The position numbers and the translations under genes were made by a program. DNA of 62,988 nt, the filler included, from a bacterium (GTDB taxonomy: Bacteria; UBA9089; CG2-30-40-21; SBAY01): the NCBI GenBank assembly GCA_040757115.1. It is 3 parts of 3 records of this genome, joined end to end, with 100 filler letters (N's around TTAATTAATTAA, not from the genome) between each part and the next. Parts side by side here need not be neighbours in the genome. Positions count along the whole stretch, not along the records: positions 42,284 to 62,988 come from JBFLYA010000052.1; 2 more parts are not named here. One strand, 5' to 3'. Positions 51,592 to 61,786 of the stretch are shown piece after piece; position 1 is the first letter of the stretch; each line of letters opens with the position of its first letter. The notes under the pieces are model-generated. The model made no database searches, was not told the DNA's origin, and saw only the letters and a program-made list of their open reading frames with translations.

Positions 51592-52485
51592 TTATCTCTT
51601 CAAAAACTTAAATAACGGTAGTCTTTGCGTTTTAAATCGCCTATTTTTATCAAACAGGTGATATTGAATAGGTTCACTGCCATAAATACAGAGATTTTTA
51701 TATCTATCGGTATTTTGACAAAAACAACAAATGCCATTTTCCTTAGGTTTAGCAAGGCATTCGTTATCGCAATAAAAACAATCAGCGATAAATACGATAA
51801 TAGCCCAATAAAAATCATCCTTTATATCATAAATTTGCTCTTTTGATAGATTAAGTTTATCTTCTTGATTTAATTTATTAATCTCGTTTTCAAAACATTC
51901 CACAAGATGCCCACCTGTCCTGACCGCAAAGAAATCACCCAGAGTTTGCTCTGCTAATTCTTCTGGAAAATCTTCAATAGTTATTCCATTCAGGAAGATT
52001 TGCTTTTCAAATAATGCACTTCCATCCTCAATATAATTAATTGGACATCGCACTTCACAGCTATAGCATCTATTTACCTTTTCGTAACAAAGCGGGATAA
52101 TGTTGTTAACTAATTGGTCTATAAGTATTTTGGGTGAAATAAATAAATTAGAAATCTTTGGCAGAAAATTATTAACTATTGCGCCCGTAAGATTGGCTAC
52201 TTCGAAGACAAAATTATCAATTTTGGTTGGTTTTTTGGGGTCAACATATCTTTTTAGAAATTCTTCTCCCGATATAAGAATAGGAATCTCTTTTTCTAAT
52301 ATTTCTTTTTGGTTTGTCTTTTGTAATTCATAGAATTCGCCTTTAACTAAGTAAGGGCAATTTTGTGGGCAGTTGATTTCAATTGTTCTTTTTTTACCAC
52401 AGCATAAAGAGCATATCTGGTTATTTAATGCCGGACACCATCTTTTAGCCTTTGTATTTCCACAAGATAGACAAATAGTTTCCAT
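51592..52485 (-). CDS. Cys-rich hypothetical protein, probably metal-binding
   Basis: CxxC..KRWCPA..ICSLCCG..CPQNCPYL plus further CxxC clusters; GGAGG RBS. Confidence 0.7.
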   Translation of the reverse strand: METICLSCGNTKAKRWCPALNNQICSLCCGKKRTIEINCPQNCPYLVKGEFYELQKTNQKEILEKEIPILISGEEFLKRYVDPKKPTKIDNFVFEVANLTGAIVNNFLPKISNLFISPKILIDQLVNNIIPLCYEKVNRCYSCEVRCPINYIEDGSALFEKQIFLNGITIEDFPEELAEQTLGDFFAVRTGGHLVECFENEINKLNQEDKLNLSKEQIYDIKDDFYWAIIVFIADCFYCDNECLAKPKENGICCFCQNTDRYKNLCIYGSEPIQYHLFDKNRRFKTQRLPLFKFLKR

Positions 52486-52664
52486 AATTTTCCCCTCCCG
52501 ATTAATTTTTAATTTTAAATCACCCAGATTGGTATTTTTTAGAAAGTTCTGCTATTCCACACGAAAAAAAAGATATTTTCCTCTCTGCGAACTCTTGCGT
52601 CTCTGCGGTAAAGGATTACCTGAACGGTTACGATTTAAGATATAGTCATTCTGGGTCATATAAG

Positions 52665-52946
52665 TCATAATGGCACCCCTTCACTTAATGCTATTCGGAC
52701 GAATGGATTGGATGTATCTTTAGCTATGACAAGGTCAATCTTCTGCTCGCCTAATAATTCATAAAGATTCAGGCGAATTTTTCTTTTATGCTCATTAGTT
52801 AGTTTGTTTGACCAGATAAGGATATCTATATCTCCACCCCTCTGGGTATCATCTACCCGTGAGCCAAAGAGATAGATTTTTGCCTCCAGGTCTATCTTCA
52901 TAATGGTAGATTTAATTGCACTTATTTCCTCAGATGATAATCTCAT
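52665..52946 (-). CDS. Minimal nucleotidyltransferase (MNT) antitoxin
   Basis: LFGSRVDD..GGDIDIL..KIDLV. Confidence 0.88.
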   Translation of the reverse strand: MRLSSEEISAIKSTIMKIDLEAKIYLFGSRVDDTQRGGDIDILIWSNKLTNEHKRKIRLNLYELLGEQKIDLVIAKDTSNPFVRIALSEGVPL

Positions 52947-53031
52947 AAGAAACACTCACTATCCTGCGTCGGCTTACAAAAGGGAATAACAAACAGTTTG
53001 AAATTGCAGGCTAACCACCACTTTGTATCTA

Positions 53032-54636
53032 TCATTTTTTATCCAGTCTTTCGCAGATTAAGGAGCTTGAAAGAAGGGCATGTCTTAATCGTTCTTTCTT
53101 AATATTAGGGTATCTAATCATATTAATTGTATGGTAAAGAAGTCCAATATAGTATTCATAAATGTTGTTGCATGGTTGAACAAAACTATGTGCCAGATTT
53201 CTCAAATCCTGGATAACCGCAAAAGCTTTGTTAAGTTCTTCAATAGGACTTTTAAAACTGTATGGTTCATCAAATTGCTCTGGACTAACTAAAGATTTTT
53301 CAAATTCATATAGGGTTTCTATATTGCTTGTTTCAAGGTAGTTAAATTTAATGTCAGCCTCTAATTCTACAAAGTCTCTTAAGATGTGTCCATAACCCGT
53401 TCTGAAAAAATCAATCAACCATGTATGCCCATCCTCATCAACCAGGATATTCTTTCCATTCAAATCACCGTGGGTACAACAGCGATAAGTAGGAAAAGAA
53501 AAAAGTTTATCCTTTAACCAAACAACCGGGTTAATAAAATCTTTTTCTAAACCCGAAAAGTTAATCAGATGTTTTCCTTTATACTCTGAGAATATCTTTT
53601 TAAGGGCGTCGTCTAAGTCTTTCTGGTCACATCCTAATTGTTTTTTATATGACTCCTTAAGATTCAAATCTTGCGGATTACCTTTATTGCGATACCACAA
53701 TTCACAAGTCTCTTTAAAAAGATCCTTCAAGACCCGGGTAATATTCACTTTATCGTTTTTACCATAGTATGTTCTAAAATCACAAATATCTTTGAGGGTT
53801 CTACCAACAAGGGTATATCCTATTCCACCAAAATTTTGGGTATAAACAACTTCTCCTCTCTTAGTGCATCGCCGGGTCAGATATGGTGCTACATAGTTGT
53901 CATAGTTTCTCTCTTCTGTCTCGATTGCCTTCCGTCCTCCAAATTTAACCACAAGAGGAGCACCTACTCCCTGGTCACTCCGACCTGGTGTTACCCAAAC
54001 TACCCCTGTTCCACTGTAGCCCTTTGATGATAGAACAGAGATGATAATCTTATGTTCTTTATAAAACAGCCTTTTAAATATTTCTCCTAACTCTCTACTC
54101 ATCCTCTTTTTTTCTTCCTCAGAGTCTTTCCCTTTGATAAAAATTTCCTCCAGCAAAAATTCAAAAGCCTTTTCATCTTCTAAATTGGTAATAGTTACAC
54201 CTGAAGAAAGTTTCTCTTCCAACCTGACTTTAAGGTTAAAATTAATCTTTATCACCTTATTGAAAGCATCTTCGATTGTCTCTATCAAACTTGAAGGTGG
54301 GTCCTTTTTTGAAATATAATCAAATGCAATTCCTCCAAAACGAGGACTTCTTGCCATTCGCCCTGTTTCATAACTATCAAATCCTGTCAAGATAATCTTT
54401 GGTATAATTGAATCAATTCTCTTTGCCAACTCTATTCCGCTAGTGTCTTTATCATCATTATGGTCGATGAGTTTTAAATCAATTACTGCTAAATGAACCC
54501 GTTCCTTTTTTAACAATTCCTTTGCCTCATCTGGGCTCCCCGCTGAAAAAACCATATATCCTTGTTGTTCTAAATTAAACTTCCACGCATCCAATTCTGA
54601 AGATTCATTATCAACTAATAAAATTCTTTTTTCCAT
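53032..54636 (-). CDS. Receiver domain fused to a kinase/phosphotransferase-like domain
   Basis: ILLVDNE, VIDLKL, LTG, YISK; then KGYSGTGV, VVKFG, HGDLNGKNIL, IDF. Confidence 0.82.
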   Translation of the reverse strand: MEKRILLVDNESSELDAWKFNLEQQGYMVFSAGSPDEAKELLKKERVHLAVIDLKLIDHNDDKDTSGIELAKRIDSIIPKIILTGFDSYETGRMARSPRFGGIAFDYISKKDPPSSLIETIEDAFNKVIKINFNLKVRLEEKLSSGVTITNLEDEKAFEFLLEEIFIKGKDSEEEKKRMSRELGEIFKRLFYKEHKIIISVLSSKGYSGTGVVWVTPGRSDQGVGAPLVVKFGGRKAIETEERNYDNYVAPYLTRRCTKRGEVVYTQNFGGIGYTLVGRTLKDICDFRTYYGKNDKVNITRVLKDLFKETCELWYRNKGNPQDLNLKESYKKQLGCDQKDLDDALKKIFSEYKGKHLINFSGLEKDFINPVVWLKDKLFSFPTYRCCTHGDLNGKNILVDEDGHTWLIDFFRTGYGHILRDFVELEADIKFNYLETSNIETLYEFEKSLVSPEQFDEPYSFKSPIEELNKAFAVIQDLRNLAHSFVQPCNNIYEYYIGLLYHTINMIRYPNIKKERLRHALLSSSLICERLDKK

Positions 54637-54648
54637 ACTTATCCCTCC

Positions 54649-55044
54649 TTATTTATGAGCCAGAGAAGGTTTTATTTTAAGCCCTTCTTGTATAGTTTTT
54701 AGCAATTTACTCTCATCAAACGATTTGCTCAGATAGTCAATAGCCCCTATTCTAAAGATATCTCTTCCTTCTTTCCATGAAGGAGAAGCCGAGACAACAA
54801 CTACTCGTTCCTCCGGGTGTTTTTCTAAAATTCGCCTGAGAGAGACTGTTCCGTCTGGACCTGAAACATAAAAATCTAAAAATACTAAACCATATTTTTG
54901 AGAATCTAATTTTTTTAGAGCTTCATCTTCATTATGAGCTATATCCAATTTGTAACCGTGGGTAGAAAGCATCTTTTTGAAAAATTCTGACCACCAGGGT
55001 TTATCATCTATGAGTAAAATTCTTGCAATCCTTTTCATCTTCAT
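54649..55044 (-). CDS. Single-domain response regulator
   Basis: ILLIDD, FLDF, VVSA, DYLSK; ATGA overlap with the kinase gene. Confidence 0.88.
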   Translation of the reverse strand: MKMKRIARILLIDDKPWWSEFFKKMLSTHGYKLDIAHNEDEALKKLDSQKYGLVFLDFYVSGPDGTVSLRRILEKHPEERVVVVSASPSWKEGRDIFRIGAIDYLSKSFDESKLLKTIQEGLKIKPSLAHK

Positions 55045-57230
55045 CTCCTTTTGATAGGCAAGTAGAGGGTAAATGTTGTTCCTTTTGACCCTGTTGATGT
55101 TAACTTTATATTGCCTCCATATTTTAAAAGGATGGTCTTTACCAACAGTAAGCCAACACCATTTCCTTTTGCTCCTCTGACTTGGTTTTTAAAAAGTTGA
55201 GATTTAATCTTTTCTGGTATCCCACCGCCTGTATCACTAACTTCTATTAAAATTTCACCTTTTTCTTCTTTACAAATAATAGTTAATTTTCCTTTCTCTG
55301 GCATTGCCCTCAGGGCATTTTTGATTATGTGCTCAAAGGCAATTGTCAACCAGGTATTACTGGCAATTATACGAGTCAATTCTTTTGATGGCTTTGGACG
55401 ATTGACTTTAATCTTCAGCGGGGGATTGCATTTCTTAATTACAGCATCAAATATCTCATCAATAGAAACTTCTTCTTCTACATCCTCAGATGGTAGATCA
55501 GGTGCTATCTTTATTATTGCTTCAGCATCCTCATCTATTCTCTTAAGTCTGTCAAGGAGAACCTCTTTCGAAAGAGCAAATTTTTTTTCAAGTGTATATA
55601 CATTTGTCCTTATGGCATTAACCTTTTGAGTTATATCGTGCATCCAACTTGCCTTTACAATACCCAACCAGGCAAGGGTATTAGCTGCTGAAAGTTGGTC
55701 TTGAGCCTCCTGTAGTTCTTGATACTGTCTTGCCTTTTGGATAGCAATTGATGCCTGACCTGATAGTAACTCAATAAATTTCACATTATCTTCATCAAAG
55801 GCATCTAAAATAGAATGTTCGAAATTAAAAACCCCTATTAATTCTCTTTCTTTATTTAGAATAGGAACTGCTATCTCAGATTTAGTAGAAGGATTAAAGG
55901 AGAGATACCGTCGGTCTTTATTTACATCGGGAATTCTCATAGTCTTTTTCTCCTTTGCTGCATAGCCAACAATTCCCTCTCCAATCTTTATTGGATTCCA
56001 AGATTTTTCTGTTTCTAAACCTCGCCTAACTTTGGCTACTAATAATTCCCTCTCCTCAAGCAACCTTGCACTTGCTGAATGAGCACCCGTCTTTTCTAAC
56101 CCCTTATCTAATATTAACCCTAATATTTCCTTTATATCTAAAGTTGAATTGATTACTTTCCCAATTTCATAAATTGCATTTTGAATCTCAAATTGCTCAG
56201 CATTGTGAATAGCAATTACTGCTTGTCGAGAAAGAGATTCAATCAAACGTTTATCATCTTCATCAAAGGCACTAACTTTTGGACTCTCAAGATTAAATAT
56301 TCCTATCAATTTCTTCTCATCACCCAGTAATAAGGGCACGGCCAATTCTGATCTTACCCCTGGAATCATTTCTATATACCATTCCTTCCACCTTTCTTCT
56401 GTAACATCTCGTATTAAAAGAGATTTCTTTTCTTTTGCAACTAAACCAGTAATGCCTATCTCACCAATCTTTGCTCTTTTATCCTTTCTCTCTTCAGGTA
56501 CTCCAATACTTTGCTTGATAACTAACTCTCCTGTAGATTTATCTATAGACTGAATCATAGCATAAATTTTTACATCTTTATGTCTTTTTGCAATTAGCTC
56601 AACCCCTTTATTCAAAATTAGTTCCAATACCTTCTCAAGATTTAATACAGAACTAATAATTTCGTCAATGTGTTGTAATGCCTCAAGTTCCTTAACTCTC
56701 TCACTCAATTTTTTATCTGTTTGGTCAAATAGTCTTGCATTATTAATGTCTATTGCAGAAAAATCTGCTAAAGCCTCAAGGAGTTTTTGATTATTCTCAT
56801 CAAAAGCACCAATATTCGGGCTTTCAACATTAAGCACACCTATTAATTTATCTTGAAATATCATTGGGACGGCTAACTCTGATTTCATATTGGGAAAGAC
56901 CTCTATGTAGCCTGAATCTTTAGCCGTTACATCAGAAACCAGAATCGTTTTTTTCTCTTTGGCTGCCCTACCAGTAATCCCCTCTCCAATCTTCTGAGGC
57001 GGTGTTTTTACTCCTTCTGGAATAATTACATTATAGGTTAATTCAGTCTTCTCTTCATTCAACATCCCTAAGGTTCCATATTTAGAATCTGTAAGTTCTA
57101 ATGCCTTTTGAAGGATAAGTTTTAGAACTTCTTCCAACTTGAGTTCAGAGGTCAATATCTTTCCTATCTCATAGAGAGTTTCAATTTCTTGAACCCTTCG
57201 GTTAAGTTGAGTTTGACTTTTCTCTGTCAT
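55041..57230 (-). CDS. Cytoplasmic triple-GAF histidine kinase
   Basis: Three GEGI.G..A / SELAVP / IGV.N.ES units; WMHDI, IKNA, DTGGGI, GNGVGL; start moved to ATG 57230 because upstream is repeat DNA. Confidence 0.88.
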   Translation of the reverse strand: MTEKSQTQLNRRVQEIETLYEIGKILTSELKLEEVLKLILQKALELTDSKYGTLGMLNEEKTELTYNVIIPEGVKTPPQKIGEGITGRAAKEKKTILVSDVTAKDSGYIEVFPNMKSELAVPMIFQDKLIGVLNVESPNIGAFDENNQKLLEALADFSAIDINNARLFDQTDKKLSERVKELEALQHIDEIISSVLNLEKVLELILNKGVELIAKRHKDVKIYAMIQSIDKSTGELVIKQSIGVPEERKDKRAKIGEIGITGLVAKEKKSLLIRDVTEERWKEWYIEMIPGVRSELAVPLLLGDEKKLIGIFNLESPKVSAFDEDDKRLIESLSRQAVIAIHNAEQFEIQNAIYEIGKVINSTLDIKEILGLILDKGLEKTGAHSASARLLEERELLVAKVRRGLETEKSWNPIKIGEGIVGYAAKEKKTMRIPDVNKDRRYLSFNPSTKSEIAVPILNKERELIGVFNFEHSILDAFDEDNVKFIELLSGQASIAIQKARQYQELQEAQDQLSAANTLAWLGIVKASWMHDITQKVNAIRTNVYTLEKKFALSKEVLLDRLKRIDEDAEAIIKIAPDLPSEDVEEEVSIDEIFDAVIKKCNPPLKIKVNRPKPSKELTRIIASNTWLTIAFEHIIKNALRAMPEKGKLTIICKEEKGEILIEVSDTGGGIPEKIKSQLFKNQVRGAKGNGVGLLLVKTILLKYGGNIKLTSTGSKGTTFTLYLPIKRR

Positions 57231-57406
57231 CCTTGTTCTCCTGAAAATAGGAAGTAGAGAGTAGAAAGTAAAGAAAACATCACTCCTCACGCTTATCTCC
57301 CTATCTCCCACCTTCTATCTCCTACCTACTATTTTCATCCTCATTTGTGAGCCAACGGTTCATGGCCGTTCTCCTGAAAATAATATATCAATAAAATAAA
57401 AAAAAG

Positions 57407-58885
57407 TCAATCCTTTTTTAAAGGAGGTCTTTTTAAATGATGTTCTGTATTCTGTTCAAAGGTGTAGGCTACTTGTAATAGTTTCTCTTCTCCAAATAAT
57501 GGGGCTAAAATCTGTAGTCCAACAGGTAATCCATCCTGTGTCCATCCAGAGGGAATAGATATCCCCGGGACACCAGTTAAATTAGCAGAGATTGTAAGAA
57601 TATCAGATAAATACATTTGAATAGGGTCAGATACCCTGGAGCCAATCTTAAAAGCAGGTGTTGGTGAAGTTGGGGTAATTATAACATCACATCTTTTAAA
57701 TACCTCTTCAAAATCTTGCTTAATCAATGTCCTTACCTTTTGTGCATTTAAATAATAGGCATCATAATATCCCGCAGATAAGGCATAGGTGCCAAGCATA
57801 ATCCTTCTTTTGACCTCATTTCCAAAGCCTTGTGTTCTTGTCTGCTCATACATATCCATCAACTCTTTTTCTGGAACCCTAAGTCCATACTGAACGCCAT
57901 CATATCGAGCTAAGTTAGAGCTCGCCTCTGCTGGGGCAATAAGATAATATACTGCCACACAATAGTCTGTATGGGGTAGGGATACTTCTAACACCTCTGC
58001 CCCTAACCCTTCCAACAATCTAATTGCTTTGTCAATACTTTCCTTAACCTCAATATCTATCTCTTCTCTAAAATATTCCTTAGGGATACCAATCTTTATT
58101 CCTGAAACATCATTGATTAAAGATTTAGTATAATCTGGTGCAGGAATGGGAGTAGATGTAGAATCATTTTTGTCATAGGTGCAAATAAGATTAAGAAGTA
58201 AGGCACAATCAGTAACATCTTTGGTAATTGGTCCAATTTGGTCTAATGAGGATGCAAAGGCAATTAATCCATATCTTGATACCCTGCCGTAGGTAGGTTT
58301 AAATCCTACTACGCCACACAAAGCCGCTGGCTGGCGAATAGAACCACCGGTATCAGAACCTAAGGCTAAAATTGCCTCATCTGAAGCCACAGCCGCCGCA
58401 GAACCACCACTTGACCCCCCTGGTACTGTCTCTAAATTCCATGGATTTTTAGTAGTCCCAAAGCATGAATTCTCAGTAGAAGACCCCATGGCAAATTCAT
58501 CCATATTGGTCTTGCCGATGATAATTGCACCTGCTTCTTTTAATCTTTGAATGACAAAGGCATCATAAGGGGGGATGAAATTGTAGAGGATTTTTGAGGC
58601 ACAGGTAGTTTTTATACCTTTAGTGCAAATGTTATCCTTAATGGCAATGGGAATGCCTGCCAACGGATGTATCTGTTCTCCCTGGGCTATTTTTTTATCT
58701 ACCTCTTTTGCCTGCTCAATTGCCTCATCAAAACAGGTGGTGATGTAGGCATTTATCTTTGAATCTAAAGCCTCAATTCGACTAATGACGGATTCTGTTA
58801 CCTCTACTGATGTAACTTCTTTGGATTTAAGCAGGTTATGAATTTTATGTGCAGTTAGGGATGCTAATTCACTCAATTTTTTCAC
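57407..58885 (-). CDS. gatA: Asp/Glu-tRNA amidotransferase subunit A
   Basis: [42 protein letters not shown]. Confidence 0.97.
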   Translation of the reverse strand: MKKLSELASLTAHKIHNLLKSKEVTSVEVTESVISRIEALDSKINAYITTCFDEAIEQAKEVDKKIAQGEQIHPLAGIPIAIKDNICTKGIKTTCASKILYNFIPPYDAFVIQRLKEAGAIIIGKTNMDEFAMGSSTENSCFGTTKNPWNLETVPGGSSGGSAAAVASDEAILALGSDTGGSIRQPAALCGVVGFKPTYGRVSRYGLIAFASSLDQIGPITKDVTDCALLLNLICTYDKNDSTSTPIPAPDYTKSLINDVSGIKIGIPKEYFREEIDIEVKESIDKAIRLLEGLGAEVLEVSLPHTDYCVAVYYLIAPAEASSNLARYDGVQYGLRVPEKELMDMYEQTRTQGFGNEVKRRIMLGTYALSAGYYDAYYLNAQKVRTLIKQDFEEVFKRCDVIITPTSPTPAFKIGSRVSDPIQMYLSDILTISANLTGVPGISIPSGWTQDGLPVGLQILAPLFGEEKLLQVAYTFEQNTEHHLKRPPLKKD

Positions 58886-58924
58886 TCTCCAATTATTCGT
58901 GGCAATTTAAAGAACTGAATTTTC
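58882..58924 (-). pseudogene. gatC: Probable gatC 3' remnant
   Basis: [13 protein letters not shown] with GTGA overlap on the gatA start; abuts a GTAAC terminus at 58925. Confidence 0.55.
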
Positions 58925-59047
58925 GTAACCGTTCATTTTATTATACCATTGATTCCTTGTAAATGCAACAATTTTTATTTCACCAGGGTAATGCGTCAGT
59001 GAAATGGGGGAACGATACTAACCACGAAAGCACGAAATAAAGAAAAT

Positions 59048-59281
59048 GTAACCGTTCAGGTAATCCTTTACCGCAGAGACGCAGAGAAACAGAGAGGAAA
59101 ATATCTTTTTTTCGCGTTTTTCGGTGTTTAAAAAGGCTTAAAAACAGTTAGTCGAAAATAAATATTAAAAGATTAATAAACAACGAAAGACCCGAAATGC
59201 ACAAAAAAGGAAATTTCTGTCTCTGGTGAATAGATTTTAATTTTTTCTCTGCGTCTCTGTGTCTGTGCGGTGAACGGTTAC
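59048..59281. mobile_element. GTAA-ended MITE, copy of 47046-47291
   Basis: Near-identical sequence and termini. Confidence 0.8.
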
Positions 59282-59286
59282 CAATA

Positions 59287-60825
59287 TTACTTCCATAAAT
59301 TTCTATCTAAACTGCGATATTGGATGGCTTCAGAGATATGTGTGGCGGTGATTGTATCTGTGTTTTCTAAATCACTGATGGTGCGGGCGACCTTTAATAC
59401 TCGGTCATAAGTACGGGCTGAAAAACCTAATTTATCAATCGCTGTCCGAAGTAATTCTTTCCCCTGGTCTTCTACCTGACAATATTTTTTAATCTCACGG
59501 GGTCCCATTTGACTATTAGCATAAACCTTTTGATGAGATGAATCTCTTTGTCGTTGAATCTGACGGGCTTTATTGATTCTTTCACGGATGACCGTTGATG
59601 ATTCTTCTTGAGTTTCCCCTTCAAGGTCTTTATACTTCAGACCGGGCACTTCAATATGAATATCAATTCTATCCCACAGCGGCCCTGATATTTTCGCCAG
59701 ATACTTTTGTATTTGAGTTGGGGTGCAACTACATTCTTTTGATGGGTCGGTTAGATTTCCACAAGGACAGGGATTCATTGCCGCAACCAACATAAATGAG
59801 GCGGGAAAGGTAAGCGAAGTGCTTGCCCGTGAGATAGTTACCAGACCATCTTCTAAAGGCTGTCTTAGTGATTCTAAGACATTGCGGGGAAATTCTGGCA
59901 GTTCATCAAGGAATAAAACACCATTGTGAGATAAACTTATCTCTCCTGGTTTAGGAACCTGGCCACCGCCGACTAATCCGGCATCTGAAATGCTGTGATG
60001 TGGTGCTCGAAAAGGCCGCGTCGTGAGTAAAGAACATTGATGAAAGACTAATCCGGCAATGGAATGAATCTTGGTTGTCTCAATCGCCTCGGATAATGAT
60101 AATTCCGGTAAAATAGTTGGTATGCGTCTGGCTAACATTGTTTTCCCTGAACCTGGTGGTCCTATCATCAAAATATTATGTCCTCCAGCACAGGCAACTT
60201 CTATTGCCCTTTTGACATGAGCCTGTCCTTTTACCTCACAGAAATCTAAATCATATTTAGAGGTTTGAGAAAATAAAGCCTTAATATCTACGATATGCGG
60301 AGAGATACTTAATTCACCCGCAATAAATTTTACTGTTTCATATAATGTTTTAACTGGATAAACATTTATTCCTTCAACTACAGCGGCCTCTGGGGCATTG
60401 GCAAAAGGAACAATCAGGTTTTTAAATCCAGCCTCTTTAGCCGAGGAAGCAATCGGCAGTGCTCCTTTAATCGGTTTGACCGCTCCATCCAGGGATAATT
60501 CACCAACAATGAGATATTGAACTAAGGCTGTGGCAGGAATTTGTTGGGTAGTGGCAATCATCGCCAGGGCAATTGGCAGGTCAAAAAACGCACCTTCTTT
60601 TTTTATCTCGGCTGGGGCTAAGTTGACAACAACTCTTTTATTATACGGAAATTGACATTGCGAATTAACAATAGCAATCTTAACACGCTCTTTGCTTTCT
60701 TTCACCGCAGAATCAGGTAATCCCACAATATTAAAATAAGGCATAGAACCAGTGGCATTTACCTCGACCGTAACAATATATCCATCTATACCTGATAATC
60801 CAGCACTATAAGATTTGGCTAACAT
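59287..60825 (-). CDS. yifB: YifB/ComM family Mg-chelatase-like AAA ATPase
   Basis: IVGLPD, GPPGSGKT, RAPHH, LFLDELPEF, AMNPCPCG. Confidence 0.93.
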   Translation of the reverse strand: MLAKSYSAGLSGIDGYIVTVEVNATGSMPYFNIVGLPDSAVKESKERVKIAIVNSQCQFPYNKRVVVNLAPAEIKKEGAFFDLPIALAMIATTQQIPATALVQYLIVGELSLDGAVKPIKGALPIASSAKEAGFKNLIVPFANAPEAAVVEGINVYPVKTLYETVKFIAGELSISPHIVDIKALFSQTSKYDLDFCEVKGQAHVKRAIEVACAGGHNILMIGPPGSGKTMLARRIPTILPELSLSEAIETTKIHSIAGLVFHQCSLLTTRPFRAPHHSISDAGLVGGGQVPKPGEISLSHNGVLFLDELPEFPRNVLESLRQPLEDGLVTISRASTSLTFPASFMLVAAMNPCPCGNLTDPSKECSCTPTQIQKYLAKISGPLWDRIDIHIEVPGLKYKDLEGETQEESSTVIRERINKARQIQRQRDSSHQKVYANSQMGPREIKKYCQVEDQGKELLRTAIDKLGFSARTYDRVLKVARTISDLENTDTITATHISEAIQYRSLDRNLWK

Positions 60826-60994
60826 TTATTCCTCAAGAAAAGGTTATATACCGTTTCGCCTTTTCTCTCATCTCCTTTATCCTCAAATTCAAACAATTTC
60901 GCCCCATTGAAAGTAATAGAAAACTCCTTCTTTAATCTTTCTATCATCAAATATTTCTAACAAACGATTCTCCATTTAATTCTTACTCCTCATA

Positions 60995-61380
60995 GAGTTC
61001 TGCAAAACTAAGAAACTGTAGTTTTTAAGCGGGTATTTAAAAACCTCTATTTTTATCAATTTCCTCCAAAGAGCAAAATGCAAAAAGCAAATATAAAAAT
61101 TACATATCAAAATGTAAAATTATCCGACCTGTGCAGTTAGAGATTACAGAAAAATATCTATAACTTTCTCAATAAACATATCGCTCCTACGGAGCTAATT
61201 TGATGTTGAGACGATAAATCTATAAACATCTCGCCCTTACAGGGCTGAATATATTTTATAAACTCCGTTAGGAGTGATATATTTGTAGACTTTTTGAAAT
61301 TTGATTTGTAATTTTGCATTTTGATATTTAATATTTGATATTTATTTGTTGTCTCCCCCAAATCCTATTTTGCAGAACCC
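60995..61380 (-). mobile_element. TA-flanked MITE; four-helix gene replaced by REP-like palindromes
   Basis: TA|GAGTTCTGCAAAA...TTTTGCAGAACCC|TA; GCTCCTACGGAGC-type palindromes at 61172-61288. Confidence 0.8.
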
Positions 61381-61385
61381 TATTC

Positions 61386-61757
61386 TTACTCCTCAAGATA
61401 AAAGGCATCTTTTATTAATTCAATTTTAGGTTTTTGGTTTGGCCGCCAGGTGATAGCCACAATATCAAATCGACAATCAATATCCTGTAAATTTTTCTTT
61501 GCAAGATATTCTAAGGCGACTTTACCCATCTGTCTTTGTTTACGAATATCAACGGCTTCTTGCGGTAGTCCAAATTCTTCACCTCGACGCGTTTTTACTT
61601 CAATAAATGCTAAAACCTCCTGATTTTTAGCAATAATATCAATTTCCCCGGAGCGGGTTTTATAATTCTGTTCTAATATTTTGTATCGATGTCGTTTTAA
61701 ATGTTTTAAAGCTAACGCCTCTCCTTTTTCTCCTAATTCAATTCTTTGTTTGGACAT
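61386..61757 (-). CDS. yraN: YraN family protein
   Basis: GEKGE, GEIDIIA, FIEVKTR, RFDIV. Confidence 0.93.
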   Translation of the reverse strand: MSKQRIELGEKGEALALKHLKRHRYKILEQNYKTRSGEIDIIAKNQEVLAFIEVKTRRGEEFGLPQEAVDIRKQRQMGKVALEYLAKKNLQDIDCRFDIVAITWRPNQKPKIELIKDAFYLEE

Positions 61758-61786
61758 AGGGATATTAAAACCTCATAAAAAAACCT

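Noticed and set aside
49166-57311. Longer ORF-track starts for pyrD and the GAF kinase (also gmk, FIST, M16 peptidase, polA)
   Set aside because: The extensions run through repeats or promoters; internal ATGs have RBS or promoter support and family-typical N-termini
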